Below, one piece after another: positions 39,464 to 52,469 of a DNA stretch of 64,000 nt (position 1 is its first letter; each line of letters starts with the position of its first letter). The notes under the pieces are model-generated. The model did no database searches. It was not told where the DNA came from and saw nothing but the letters and a program-made list of their open reading frames with translations. A program made the translations under genes and the position numbers. The DNA comes from the human T2T-CHM13v2.0 reference genome, Homo sapiens, in the NCBI RefSeq assembly GCF_009914755.1, contig NC_060928.1. One strand, written 5' to 3'.

Positions 39464-39821
39464 TGAATATTCTCCGTCTCTTCATTCTACACCACTTGCT
39501 TGGGGATAGGAGTGTTGCATGGAAGATTTTTGCCTGCTGGATTCCCCCTAGGCTTTTCTGGTGGAGAATCTGGGGCATAGCTGTATGGAAGGAAGGCAGA
39601 AAGCCAAAATGATATATGCAATAAAGAGCTTGAGGAGAAGAGGTGGTACACAGGGGATGGGGGAGAAGACAGATATAGACAAGCTTTAAGTCCTGAGTGT
39701 TGGAGAGGGGTTGGGTGGAGAGTTGAGAGGGAGGAGTTGATAAAGAGGCTCCAAAACAACCACATGTGAGAATGTGAGAGTGTGAGAGAACTTGAGAGGT
39801 ACAGTAAGGGGGGGACTATCA

Positions 39822-40155
<334 letters not shown>

Positions 40156-42311
40156 CTATGAATTATAAATTAGATCTCTTTTAATACTCTTTAAAGCTAC
40201 AAATAAATTTCAGAATAACTTTAACTTTCAGTTGCTGGGTTTCTTTTTGTTGTGTTTCTTTTAGTGCAACAACACAGGATGACTAACCAGTTAGGGTCCC
40301 AGATTTTATAATATTCTTTTATACACATGACTTTAGCTCATCATAATGATACTCCAGTGAGATACATAGGGGAAATGTTATTTACCCCTATTTAATATCT
40401 GAAAATACTGACTTAGAAAAGTAAAGTTACTGACTAAAGACAGTCTGAGGGTGGTTAGGATTCAAATCCAGACTAAGAAATGCAGTGTCTGTTTTCTTTC
40501 CACTGCACTATGCAGGCTGCAGGGAAGACTCACATATGATGCTCTTTGCAAAAACATTCACACAAAAATCAGCCAACTCTAAATGAAATGGCAACTTTAA
40601 ATTATTTGGACCTAATAATCACAATTTCTTAAGAAATGCTATTCAAAGATTCCTAGGGAAAAAAAACCCTATCATATATAATTTACTGAGATAATTTTGT
40701 TTAACTCAGCACTTGTCGGTTTAGCTTACATAATGCTGACCATACTTTTTAAGTGTAGGGGACATTTCCATAGATAAGAAGAGTAATTTATTCACAGATT
40801 CATAGGCATATAGTTCAACCTTTTCTCTATATTCCTAAGAAATTGATGACATGATGGCCTTGGGAGAGATAACTCAAAATTTGTATTCAAAAAAAAAAAA
40901 ATTAAAAAGTTAACCATTCCTAACAGGTCAATGAAATCAAACCAGAAGTCTTCATTTTTTGAGGAATGTACTTATTATTGTGGCTGACAGTGGGTCTCAT
41001 TTTTCCATTTCACAAAATATATATGTACGCTAATGTGAACTCCCATTTCCATCTTAAAACTGGAAATGAACGTAACTTTATTTCCCGATATCACAGGGCA
41101 CTGACAAAATATTTCAAGAGCAGGAAATATTTGAAGTGATGATTATTATTTTAGTAGCATAAGGTCTCTTCTACTTCTAACAGTTAATTTTCATCACTTC
41201 CAGCTGAAGTTATAGATTTGCCCCCGTCCCCCCTTTTTTTTTTGATTGCTGCAGGTTTTTTTTTTCTTCAATAACGTGCTGGGGAGTCCATTTCTTATAG
41301 TAGCACCATCTTGGCTGCAGTGTGTGTCATTCTGCAAGCCCAGAGGGGTTCTTAAACTGAAACTTCCTTCTTGATAGCATTGCTGTCAAGAGTTCTGTCA
41401 TCTCCTCTAATGAATGGAGTAAACCTGTGAGCATACACACCAATGAAAAATATATAAAGTCAGATCTGTGGTCCCAATATAATAGCAACAAAGATGATTA
41501 ATTGTTTGTTTTAATGAGGTAACTGGTATTTAATAAGTTATTGATTTTTCTTAGCATCTTACTAAAATGCTTTGGAATGTGAACAAATCCTCCACTCATA
41601 TAAGGCAGTATATAGATTAGGTATGAATTCATACATTGGGATTCTAGATGCTCTGTTATCTCAGGGCCAGGGCGTATTACCTGATTAGTATTGATTGCAC
41701 TGTGGCCATCAGTGAATTCTCAAGGCATCGTTTTTAGTCAAGGAAGAATGTTCGGTGTGACCCTGAAATCACTTTGCAGCAGATCCAGAGAAAGTTAAGT
41801 TGTTGATGATTCAGTGCAAGTTGCTATGGCTTTAACTCATTGAACTGGATTTAATTTGTACCCATGGCTTCAATATTATTGTTATGCTCAGGAGATGTTC
41901 TCTGTTGATATTCTTTTACTTTGTTTTTCTTATACACTTTTCTCTGCCTGGTATAATTTTTCTCCTATTTTCTGCTTTGCAAACTCCTACTCACGCTCCA
42001 GGACCCAACTCAAAATTCATTACCTCTGTGCCCTTGTTCCTGATTCCCTTGGAAGATTTTGTCTCCTGGGTCTTCTCATCATCCTCAGTTGTAATGACAC
42101 TTCATATAGAGTGATAAATGCCAGTAATTCAGTAATTATGTCTTTATATCTTCTCCCTCCTAAACCATGAGCTTCTTTTGGACAGGGCTGTAGATCATCT
42201 CTTACCATTGCTTATTCTTGTTGGAGCCCGCTATCCAAGAAGAAGGTTCACAGCTAGCTATGTGTAAATGCTTGCTGCTGTTACACATTTGGTGGATATT
42301 TCTTTTCAACA

Positions 42312-42391
42312 CTCAGATTCTGAAACTTCTGGCCCCATAGGATGTAAATGGGCTTTCAAATCCTACGTGACCAGAAGTTTCAGAATCTGAG
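42312..42391. repeat. Inverted repeat / hairpin (21-bp perfect arms, about 32 bp with mismatches)
   Basis: CTCAGATTCTGAAACTTCTGG (42312-42332) is the exact reverse complement of CCAGAAGTTTCAGAATCTGAG (42371-42391). Confidence 0.95.
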
Positions 42392-42449
42392 AAGTATGGG
42401 CACCAAGCACTTTGTGACTTCTCCACCACCACGATTTCTGTGGCTTGTG

Positions 42450-42640
42450 TGGGTCACACTCTGCTAAACACTTGAAATACAAAATCGCATTAATTTCTCA
42501 CTATGGAGCAAGATCATTGTTATGTTCTCCATTTTACAGATAAACAAAGTGAGACAATAAATAATTTTTTTCAAGGTGACATCACTAGTAAATGGTGGGT
42601 CAGGGAGTCAAACCCCGGTCTGTCTGACTCCAAAGCTGTA
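42450..42640 (-). mobile_element. MIR
   Basis: ccattttacagataaacaaagtgag...gtctgtctgactccaaagc. Confidence 0.7.
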
Positions 42641-43431
42641 TCTACAAAGTGTACATGAGACACTCTGGAAAAGGCCCACCCAAACCAGGAGCCTGAAATT
42701 TCACCTGTAGAGATTAACTTTGAGGGGTCTTGAAGGCTTTACAGAAGCAGCAGGGATAAGAGGGTAGAAGTCATTAATGAAACACACCCAAATGAAATAG
42801 AGTATTCTAATACACCAGAAATAGTTGATGAACCCTCATACTTTAAGTTCTTTCCAACTAATTTCTTAACACAGAGCTGACAATTAGAAAAAATCTTTCC
42901 TTTAGGAATCATTCATATGGGAAAGAGACACAGAGCAGAGAGCCAACAAGGTGCCACAAGAAAGAGTGTCATAAAGGAAAGTTAAAAAATTTAAAAAATA
43001 AAACAAACAAAAACAAAATCCAAAAAGGAAAGTAGAAGACACTAAAGACCAACGGTGGAGGTTAATGGTGGGTGTGGGCAGTGGGAGCAGATCATGCTGG
43101 AACAGGCAATAAGAGGTGCACTGCCTATGAGAATTTAAAAACAACAAAACCCACTAAAAATCTGCTGTGGTGACCCTTAACAATGTCAGTGGTAAAACAC
43201 TCCTTCCCAAAAGGGTGGACCACTCCTGCCAAGCCCCACCTTGGTACACGCTGGTCCAACTCTAGGTTATGGGTCTCGGGATTACACCTGCTCTCCATAC
43301 CAGAGAGAACTGCAGAAGCATCTGAATTCTGTTGTTTTTGCTTTTATAAAGACTCTAACCAGCACTGAGGTAATGGACTACTTTGAGTAGATCAAAATGA
43401 GGTGGGGAAATGTGATCCCCAGCTAGAACAC

Positions 43432-43903
43432 TGTAGTGATTTCCTCTTGGTACTGTAATAAATCATCACAAACTTAGTGGCTTAAAACAACGCAATGTAT
43501 TCTCTTACAGTTCTAGAGATCAGAAGTCTGAAAGGGTCTCATGAGGCTGAAATCAAGGCATTGGCAGGATGGCATTTTTATGGAGGCTGTAAGACCGATT
43601 TCCTTACCTTTTCCTGCATTTAGAGGCTGCCTGCATTCCTTGGCTTGTGTCCCCCTCCTTCATCTTCAAAGCCAGTGGTATAGCATCTTCCAGTCTCTCT
43701 CTGACTCTGACCCTCACTCTTCTGCTCCCTCTCATACTTATCAGGCCCCTTGTGATTCCGTTGGGCCACCTGGTAATCTCCCTATCTCAAAACCCTTAAC
43801 TCAATCGTATCTGCAAAGTCACTTTTGCCATGTAAGGTGCTGTATGTACAGGTTCTGGGGAGTAAGAAGTAGACATCTTTGGGATGCATTTTTTCTACCT
43901 ACA
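43432..43903 (-). mobile_element. MLT1C/D LTR
   Basis: cacaaacttagtggcttaaaacaac...tctgcaaagtcacttttgccatgtaagg. Confidence 0.85.
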
Positions 43904-44718
43904 ATAAGTGTGTTAGAGTGGAAATTAGAGATAAGGAGACTGAGTTCCAATCTCCACGCTGCCATTGAGGAGGAACGTGCCTTGAGGCAAATCTCAACTC
44001 CCGGGCCATTGTTTCCTCCTGGTCCCTATGTAGACCCCGTTAGGATATTCTCTTTGAGAAGTAATGCCTTTTCCTAAACACAGGGAGATATGGCTCCTGC
44101 TAATTAAAAGCCAGACCTGTTTTACACACTTACAAACGACACCCTAGCATTTGTTTAAGGCCACTTCTGAACCATGCCATTAGTCCTTCTAATGGCGTTT
44201 CTGCAGGTTCTCAGCTGATTTCTGCTTACCATCCTACATTTACTTACACCTTGCCTACAGAGCGTGTAAGTTTTCAATTTCTCATTTTAAATAGAGGACT
44301 CCAATTCTATAGCGTGGCTGATGCATTAAATATCCACAGCCAAATTGCTTAACGCCCAGGTTTTTTATCCCCTTCAAATTAAAGCTTTTAAAACACCCAG
44401 ACTCCATGCTGGCTGAATGACATACACAGACTTTCTGCCGGCTCTGGGGGGCAGGCGATACTGGTTCCTGTCAAGTTCTAAATCTGGATGCTTTTTTATA
44501 GTGGAACAACTAAAAGGAATTGCTGCCTTATGATATATAACTACTACTTATTATAGATTGATCCATTTTGCAGCAGGGAGGTGGAAGGCAGGGAGCTGTA
44601 GGAAGAACAAGAACCAATCTTAGACCTGAGAGAAAGTAACCTTCTAATTGCCTTTTCCATGACAGCATCGTAAGCTTCTTTCTGGCAGCTTTATTTCACA
44701 GTGACCTGCCACACTGCT

Positions 44719-44756
44719 GTAATTTTCCTGGTGTCACTCATACAGGTTTAAAAAAT
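44719..44756 (+). repeat. 38-bp dispersed direct repeat, copy 1
   Basis: GTAATTTTCCTGGTGTCACTCATACAGGTTTAAAAAAT; 36/38 identical to 46508-46545. Confidence 0.95.
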
Positions 44757-45181
44757 GATTGGTTTTATGGCTTTTATTTGGGAATTTGTCAAGGTTTCAC
44801 ATTTGTAGAAGCCTTGAAGCAGTGGCCTAATAGTCCATAATTTGGTGTTTAAAGGGATATTGGTGGGTAACCTGCTTGGGCCCACAGGTGCCTACAGTGA
44901 TCGCATCCTTATGCCTAGCGGGGAAATCTCCATAATTTCTGTTACGCTCCTGTAATCCTTTGCTGTCAGAAAACTCCATTCCAGGTTCCAGCGGACTCCA
45001 GTCATCCTGAGATGGGAGAAAACCTTTCAAGCTTTGTGATCAGGTTGATATTTAAAGCTAATTCTCATGAAATGTACTTCAGGTGTTCATAAACCCAGAC
45101 TTGGGTCAGCGTATTCTGGCGATAGGGATTTACGTACTCCTTTTATGACTCACAGTCTGGAAATGAAAGTGCTGGACTCTG

Positions 45182-45183
<2 letters not shown>

Positions 45184-45252
<69 letters not shown>

Positions 45253-45260
45253 CTCTCTCT
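45184..45260. repeat. (CT)~31 plus interrupted extension
   Basis: Read directly from the sequence. Confidence 0.97.
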
Positions 45261-45269
45261 TCTAGGATC

Positions 45270-45760
45270 TCAACGCTGCCAACAGATGTTTTTAAAAGCC
45301 TCAGTTTCGAGGACTGTTTTGGCCTCCTGCCCCTGTGTGTACTCTTAGGTTTAATGAAAATTGGTGCCTCCGGAGCTCTCCTCCCGGGGGGGAGAGCAGC
45401 TCCTCTCGTGGTGCGGTTGCTTGTTCTCGCAGCCAGAACACACTGGGCCAGGGCTGTTGTGTGTAAACACACACACGCACACACACCTGCTTCATCCCGG
45501 CTCCCTTCTCTCCGAGTTGCCTGGGTTGGCCTCCATTTGGAGCCTACCTGCTGGTGTTTATCACAGTCGGTGTTTTCCCCCTTCCATGTTCCTCAGCAAA
45601 GCTGGTGCTTATCTGAGCAGCGGGCGATTTTTCTGAAGTGACCTCCGCCGAGCGGGAGATTTATGGTGGCGTTTGCTTTCATTATGTGTGGAGGCTGCCT
45701 CGTGAGCTCGCTGCGTGGCTGTCGGAGGAAGAGCAGAACGCTTCCCAGAATAAGCCTCCG
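45270..45760. promoter_or_regulatory. CpG-island-like unique element (candidate enhancer or promoter)
   Basis: About 23 CpGs counted by eye in ~490 bp of non-repeat sequence. Contains E-box CAGATG, FOX GTAAACA, GATA (TTATCA, CTTATCT) and HOX/CDX TTTATGG; AP-1 TGACTCA at 45146. Confidence 0.6.
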
Positions 45761-46507
45761 GTATTATCTTTGAACATATGTTCTTGATTAAATGAGAAGA
45801 GGAAAGTCTCTTCGTTTTTTCCTATTTGGAGGTTAAAGTGGAGGGTTTCTCTAAAAACAGATTGCAGTAAATTGTGGGTTTATTTGAACAGTATGTCAAC
45901 ATTATTTACTCACGGTAAAAAAAAATCTCAAATTGATAGGTTTCTTTTAATTACCTCATCCTGAAAGCTGCTCTCAACAAACAGCAAATATTTCAGAAGC
46001 CATTTGGATAAGTCTGGAAATGTTGAATTATTGGAAACCTGCCGAGAATAATACCTTTGAAAATGTTTCCATAGTTCTGAGTATAAGAAAACTTGATTAG
46101 CAAACAGCTTGTCTCTGAGCAAACTGGGTATTGCCTTCTGTGATCTTGCTGGCCTCGTAAAAGATGGCTTGCAAGATTTTTGTGTAATACTGATCACACC
46201 ACCCTGGAAAACAGGTACCTTTCTGGGGCTCGTTATTATTGTCTGTCACTCAGACTAGAGTGACCTTGTTTAACCCCACTACAATAATATCTTCCTCTTG
46301 AGTTCTGTCCAGGAAACACAAAAGCTAAATGAAAGAAGATTCAGTAATTGAGTTCTCAGCAAGTCCAAAGAGCTCTTCTAGCAAATCCAGGCCAAAACAT
46401 ATTTGACCAAAGAATGTTCTTTGACTTCATTGCTCGGTCTCAACTAGATGGAAAGATGGGCTGCTGGGCAGAATCATTCCTAGAGCCCAAACCTGTTTGA
46501 GGATGGG

Positions 46508-46545
46508 GTAATTTTCCTGGTGTCACTCATGCAGGTTTAAAGAAT
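46508..46545 (+). repeat. 38-bp dispersed direct repeat, copy 2
   Basis: GTAATTTTCCTGGTGTCACTCATGCAGGTTTAAAGAAT. Confidence 0.95.
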
Positions 46546-46704
46546 CTCAAAGCTCCTAACAGATGTTTAGGTGAATGAGGTAGCTGAGAGAAAGACAGAG
46601 ACTCATATGTAAGCCAAGGACCCTTATACACATACACCCTTAGGCTCATGTTCTTCTGTAATTTTCTTTTGAGAATTGCTTGTGATGTTTGCCTTGTGTA
46701 TGCA

Positions 46705-46707
<3 letters not shown>

Positions 46708-46749
<42 letters not shown>
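46708..46749. repeat. (GT)21 microsatellite
   Basis: Read directly from the sequence. Confidence 0.95.
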
Positions 46750-46750
<1 letters not shown>

Positions 46751-49448
46751 GAAGGGATGGATGAGTTGGCAGGGGTAGGGGGTATGGGGCCTATAAATGA
46801 GAGATTGGGGTGGGTGGATTGGGGACCTACACACTATGATTCACTGTGGGCCCCAGGTTCCCAGGGCACATCCCATACTTTGGGTAACATTTCCTGCACC
46901 AGCATATAAAACTGAGTTTACTCCTTGGGATACTTCTAAACTGAGTATCTCATTAAGAGTATTTCATCTGAAATGGGCATATGCAGGCTTGATTTTAGGA
47001 CTGCTGTATAAGCTAGTAAAATGTACTAGTTGTTAATTATTGAAATATCCATTAGTTGGTAAATCACTGCATGAGACCCACTGAATACTCTACACCACCC
47101 CAAGTTACCCTGGCCTTCACTTCTAGGACCTCCTCCCTGGCCTCCTCTAAATCCAGGAACTAAAGACTTAATGGCCAGCACTTTGGGGGACCTCCAGGGC
47201 CTGATTTGGCACTACAACTGGCCCTTGAACCTCATCGGCAGACAAGAATTCTGAATGTAGGCCCCGGGTATATGTACAATTGTCAGGAGCCTGAGCCTCA
47301 GAGCAATTCTCCTGGTGCCTGCCCAGATGTGGACCCTCAAGGCAGCCAGAGCTCCTAGCTCCCTTGACCATGGCTTGGGTTTATATAGAGGAGGTCAGGC
47401 AACAGAGACTTGCCAGGGCAGTGTTCCCGGTCATGCCAACAAAAATCACTTTTTAAAAGAAGTTCTGAGCCATTGGGAGATCAAAGCTTCTTTCTTTCTA
47501 CCCTTGCAAGTCATTTCCTCCACATACCAGTGTGGAATCCAGCAGCCTTCACTGTGGAGACCAGTGCAGAAACAGAAGATGTAATTCTAGTCCCAGCTCC
47601 AGCACTTAATACCTCCATGACCTTGGGCAAGGGACTTAACCTCCTCACACTGCAGTTTTCTCATCTGTAGAGTATTGATGTTTGACTCAATTCCTTCCAG
47701 CTGTAATAACAAATAATTTTGAGTCCTTAAATTTATGTTTACTAGCCCATTCACCCACCCTGTCAATGGATATGCCAGTAATCTTCAAAAAGAAAGATAT
47801 CATCTGCTAACAAATAATGTTTTGAACACAAGTTAAGGTAAGAATGATGCCAACTGTCCAGTGCAGTCTGAACAAGGGCACTGACATGCACAAGATGAGG
47901 CTGGCTTGCCCCCCTCCTGTTACCACATCAGTAAACACATATGAGCTCTCCAGCTGCACTCGGTTGATGGAGCATCACACTAATGGGGCCATGACCATTG
48001 ATTCAATTCCTGCTCACTTAAAGATAATTTTAACCATCTTTAAAAAACATGTTGTGGCTTATAAAGGGCCCCTAAAAAGTAGGTTATTTTCCCTATTAAT
48101 AATAACAGGTCAATGCAAATCCATTATTATTATTAGGGGAAATAATCTCAACATATAAGCATCAATTACATAAACTTCAAAATTAAGGTGACATTACATT
48201 ATTAATGGTATGTATTTGGAATGTTTTTCATTCTTGACTCATTTTGAGTATTGGTAGCTATAATTTATACATTATAACATTTCTTTAAGATTTTCTTTGG
48301 TTTCTCAAATTGTAAATTTTTTATATCTTCAGGGTAGAGAAGGGGAAGGAAAGGTTCCATCTCTTACTTTAGAATAAATATCAGTTATAACTTAGGAGCT
48401 AGTATACAGAAATGCATTTTGTAGATTTTTATTGTCAAGCTCTTCACTACATGGAGATTATACTTCTTGATGTTACACTATAGGCATCAATGAAGATGAC
48501 TAGGATAAAAATACGGTGATACTGTTGTTTGCAATTGGGAGGATTATTGTTTTAGACTTGTTAAGGACAAAAAATCAGTGCTTTTCAGAGAAGTTTGAGT
48601 TCTGGCCTGGCCTATGTGTCTACATGATTCAATGACACAGTCTTGATAGACAAAACAGTTGTGATGGCTTTGGGGGTCACTCTTGCTGGTTTTTAAGAAA
48701 GTGAATTCTGAATGTGGATTCTCTTCTCATTCACCTCTTTCATTTTGGCTTCCCTTCTTATCCCCGTAAACAAAAATGCTACTGGACTCAAACTCCCAGC
48801 TCAGTTTTAGGAATTGTGGCCACTTTTTTTTTCACAAGCAACACTGCAGACACTTATTTAATAAAATAATTTAAGCTGTGGAATTTAATACTCTTGATTT
48901 AGGAAACTGAGGATTTGTCCCTATTAAACATCCTATTTAAGCACTAAAAAAATGATAAATGGTATTTCCAGATGATGTACTACTTCAAGATCTACAAATA
49001 ATTGCCAAAGTGCAACATGAATAAATTACTATTCCTTTAGCAATTTAACCTCTGTCAGGGTCTCATGAGAGTTTGTTAATTGTTGTTGTGTTAACATTTT
49101 AGGTTTTGTCCAAACTTTCTTATGATGCCAAATTTACTGACTCACGCCCTATTCTTCCTTACATGTGTGTAAAGGAGCTTTCAAGACCCGCTGGTAAAAT
49201 TGAAGACTAATCCATTAAGGCTTAGCAACGAAGAAAGAATCTGCACCTTGGGAGGAACAGCTAAGTATCATGGCCAAAACTTGTTCCTGGGGTTCCTTTT
49301 TCCCTTGAGGGTTTCTTGCTTATGGTGCTGTTGTCCCCACATTAATCTCTGCAGAACACTCCTCCAATAATGTTTAATCCAAAGGTAAACTCAACTGTCT
49401 CCTTTATTTTCCAAAACACACAGCATGGCTGTGACCAAACTGGAACTA

Positions 49449-49727
49449 TTTTTTTTTTTTAGGCAGGGTCTCGCTCTGTTCCCCAGGCTGGAGTACACTG
49501 GCACAATTATAACTCACTACAGCTTTGAACTCCTAGACTCAAGTAATCCTCCCACCTCAGCCTCCCGAGTGGCTGGAACTACAGGCATATGCCACCACAC
49601 TCAGCTAATTTTTTCTGGAGAAGGGTTCTCACTCAGTTGCCCAGGCTGGCCTCGAACTTCAGGCCTCAAGCAATCCCCCCACCTTGGCCTCCCAAAGCCT
49701 GAGATTCCAGGCATGAGCCACTGTGCC
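49449..49727 (-). mobile_element. AluJ
   Basis: Diverged antisense dimer. Confidence 0.88.
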
Positions 49728-50297
49728 TTGCAAACTAGAACTTTTAAACAAAATTTTTAGGCACCAAAAAGTTTGGGATAACAAAAGAAAACTACATACT
49801 AAGGAGAACATAAAAATGGACTATCTGGTTTGCAAGACTCAACTCTTAACTGTGTTTCTGCCTCTATTGGAGGAAATCATCAACCTCTACCACTTAGCCA
49901 TAGGCCAGGTCCCAGAGAGTGATGAGTCTTCCCTTTCTATCTATCTCAGGCTCCCTTTTTCCATCCAGGGACCCCTTTTCCCTGGATAAGAGATAGGGGG
50001 AATGTCTGCCCCTTCAGCAGACATTCAAGCCCTCCTTGGCAGAGCCTTATTCTATGACCTCTGCAAGCTCAGGAGGCACCTGGATTGCTCAGCAGCCCCA
50101 GGAGACACACCAGAGCATAAGGGGTGTTGATGTTTGGGACACTGTAGGAAAGTCAGGACCAAACCCAAAATGCTTTCTTATAACGATGCTTCTTACCCTT
50201 ATTTGTGTTTATAACATATTTGCAAATGTTAAGACTCTTATCAGTGTATTTGAAGAAATTAAAAATGAACAAGTCAACAACAATTATAAAACAATCA

Positions 50298-50609
<312 letters not shown>

Positions 50610-52061
50610 TCATTTCTATAATATAAAAACTTTATCACTTTTATCAATAAATTTTATCAATTTTAAAGTGATAAGAAAAGTGATAAGCTTTGCTACTGTT
50701 GAATAGAACAATGTATTGATCTGACTTATATTCTCCAGGCCTCATGTGGTCACCACCTATGTTCTATTCCCAGAAGTTGCTCCTTTGTTCTACATCATGT
50801 TGCCTCTGCTCATTGAGCTCTGTGGTCCATCTGATGGACATCGTAAGAACAGGCTTCCTACGCAGATGTCACCAAAATCAATGTTGCATGTTGTTCAAAA
50901 TTTGTTAGCACACTTACAGAGCTTTCTCAGACATACCAAAGTGCCCATGACCTTAGTTGACAATCACAGTACTACATTCTTAGGGTAACTTGAACAAGGT
51001 CAGAATTTTTATATTACGTAATTGTGACTAATCTTGTTATATGAACTTGCTTTTAGTATACATATATAGGTATATGAAAAAATATTTGCATTTAAATTTC
51101 CTCCATGTGTGAATTTAGATGTATGAGTTTAGGGGGGTGTGTGTGTTTTATATAAACAATATGGCAAGGAATGCTGGCTAAAATACAAAGATCTACAGAT
51201 GACTCTCTCAGGATGGGCCCTTGGGTGTTGTGGTGTGGTGACTACCTCAAAACAAAGGGAAATGTTTTGCTATGAATTTCCTGTTCATGGAAAACTATAT
51301 GGTTGAAAAAAAAAAATCTTCTTTCCTCTTGAGAACTGTCCGTGTGCCAAAGTAAGAAGAAGCTCCTGAAAGGATTACTCAAGCTTCCCCTCCCCCACAT
51401 CTTCTCCTCATCCCCAAAGCCTAATAATTCTGAAAAAGATGAAATGGAAGGGCACTTGTCACTAAACTTCTTAGCACTTTAAAATAGCCAGACGCATTGC
51501 CTGAGACTATGGCAAGTTTGGACTCACACCAGCCGTGAAAATACTCTGTCTTTTTTTAGGAAGTAAATTGCATACACATCACAAAGAGTATTCTGAAAGT
51601 GGTTTTCTTTCTGCTTTGTCTGAACGACTTGCACGTCAGCCTTAACCATGCTCTGAGCTCATAAACATGTTCTTCAGCTTGCCAAACTCCCCAACCTCTG
51701 CTCAGTTGCCAGAGTGGCGGCATTGTATTACTCCGTTGCTAGGAGGGCAAGACAGCTGAATCCTAGGCCTAGAAAAGATGTCGAGATGGTATATGTAATG
51801 TCCTTGTTTTATAAATGAGGAGCTTAAAGCTCAGAGAGACTGCATGGCTTGCTGGAGGCCACAAGCTTGTCTGTAATAGTCTTGGAGCTGGTTGATTCTG
51901 CCTCCTCAGTTGATTCAAGGCTGTAACTCCTGCACCATTACTGAAGCCCTTTGAACACTGCCAGATACTATGTAAATGTAAGGTATCTGTGGAAGGCTGA
52001 AGCTGCCAGACGTTTGTCTGTCGTAACGAAGGTTTCAGGGTAAGAGGAACTCTTTCCTTCA

Positions 52062-52469
<408 letters not shown>

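Noticed and set aside
43541-44077. 178-aa + strand ORF
   Set aside because: Lies mostly within an antisense MLT1 LTR and shows no protein-family resemblance.
44176-44196. 8-bp inverted repeat GCCATTAG/CTAATGGC (and a similar one at ~9740)
   Set aside because: This arm length is expected by chance in 64 kb.
45067-45641. Overlapping ORFs with (SL)n or (ER)n runs
   Set aside because: These are translations of the (CT)n microsatellite and a GC-rich, stop-poor stretch. No coding evidence.
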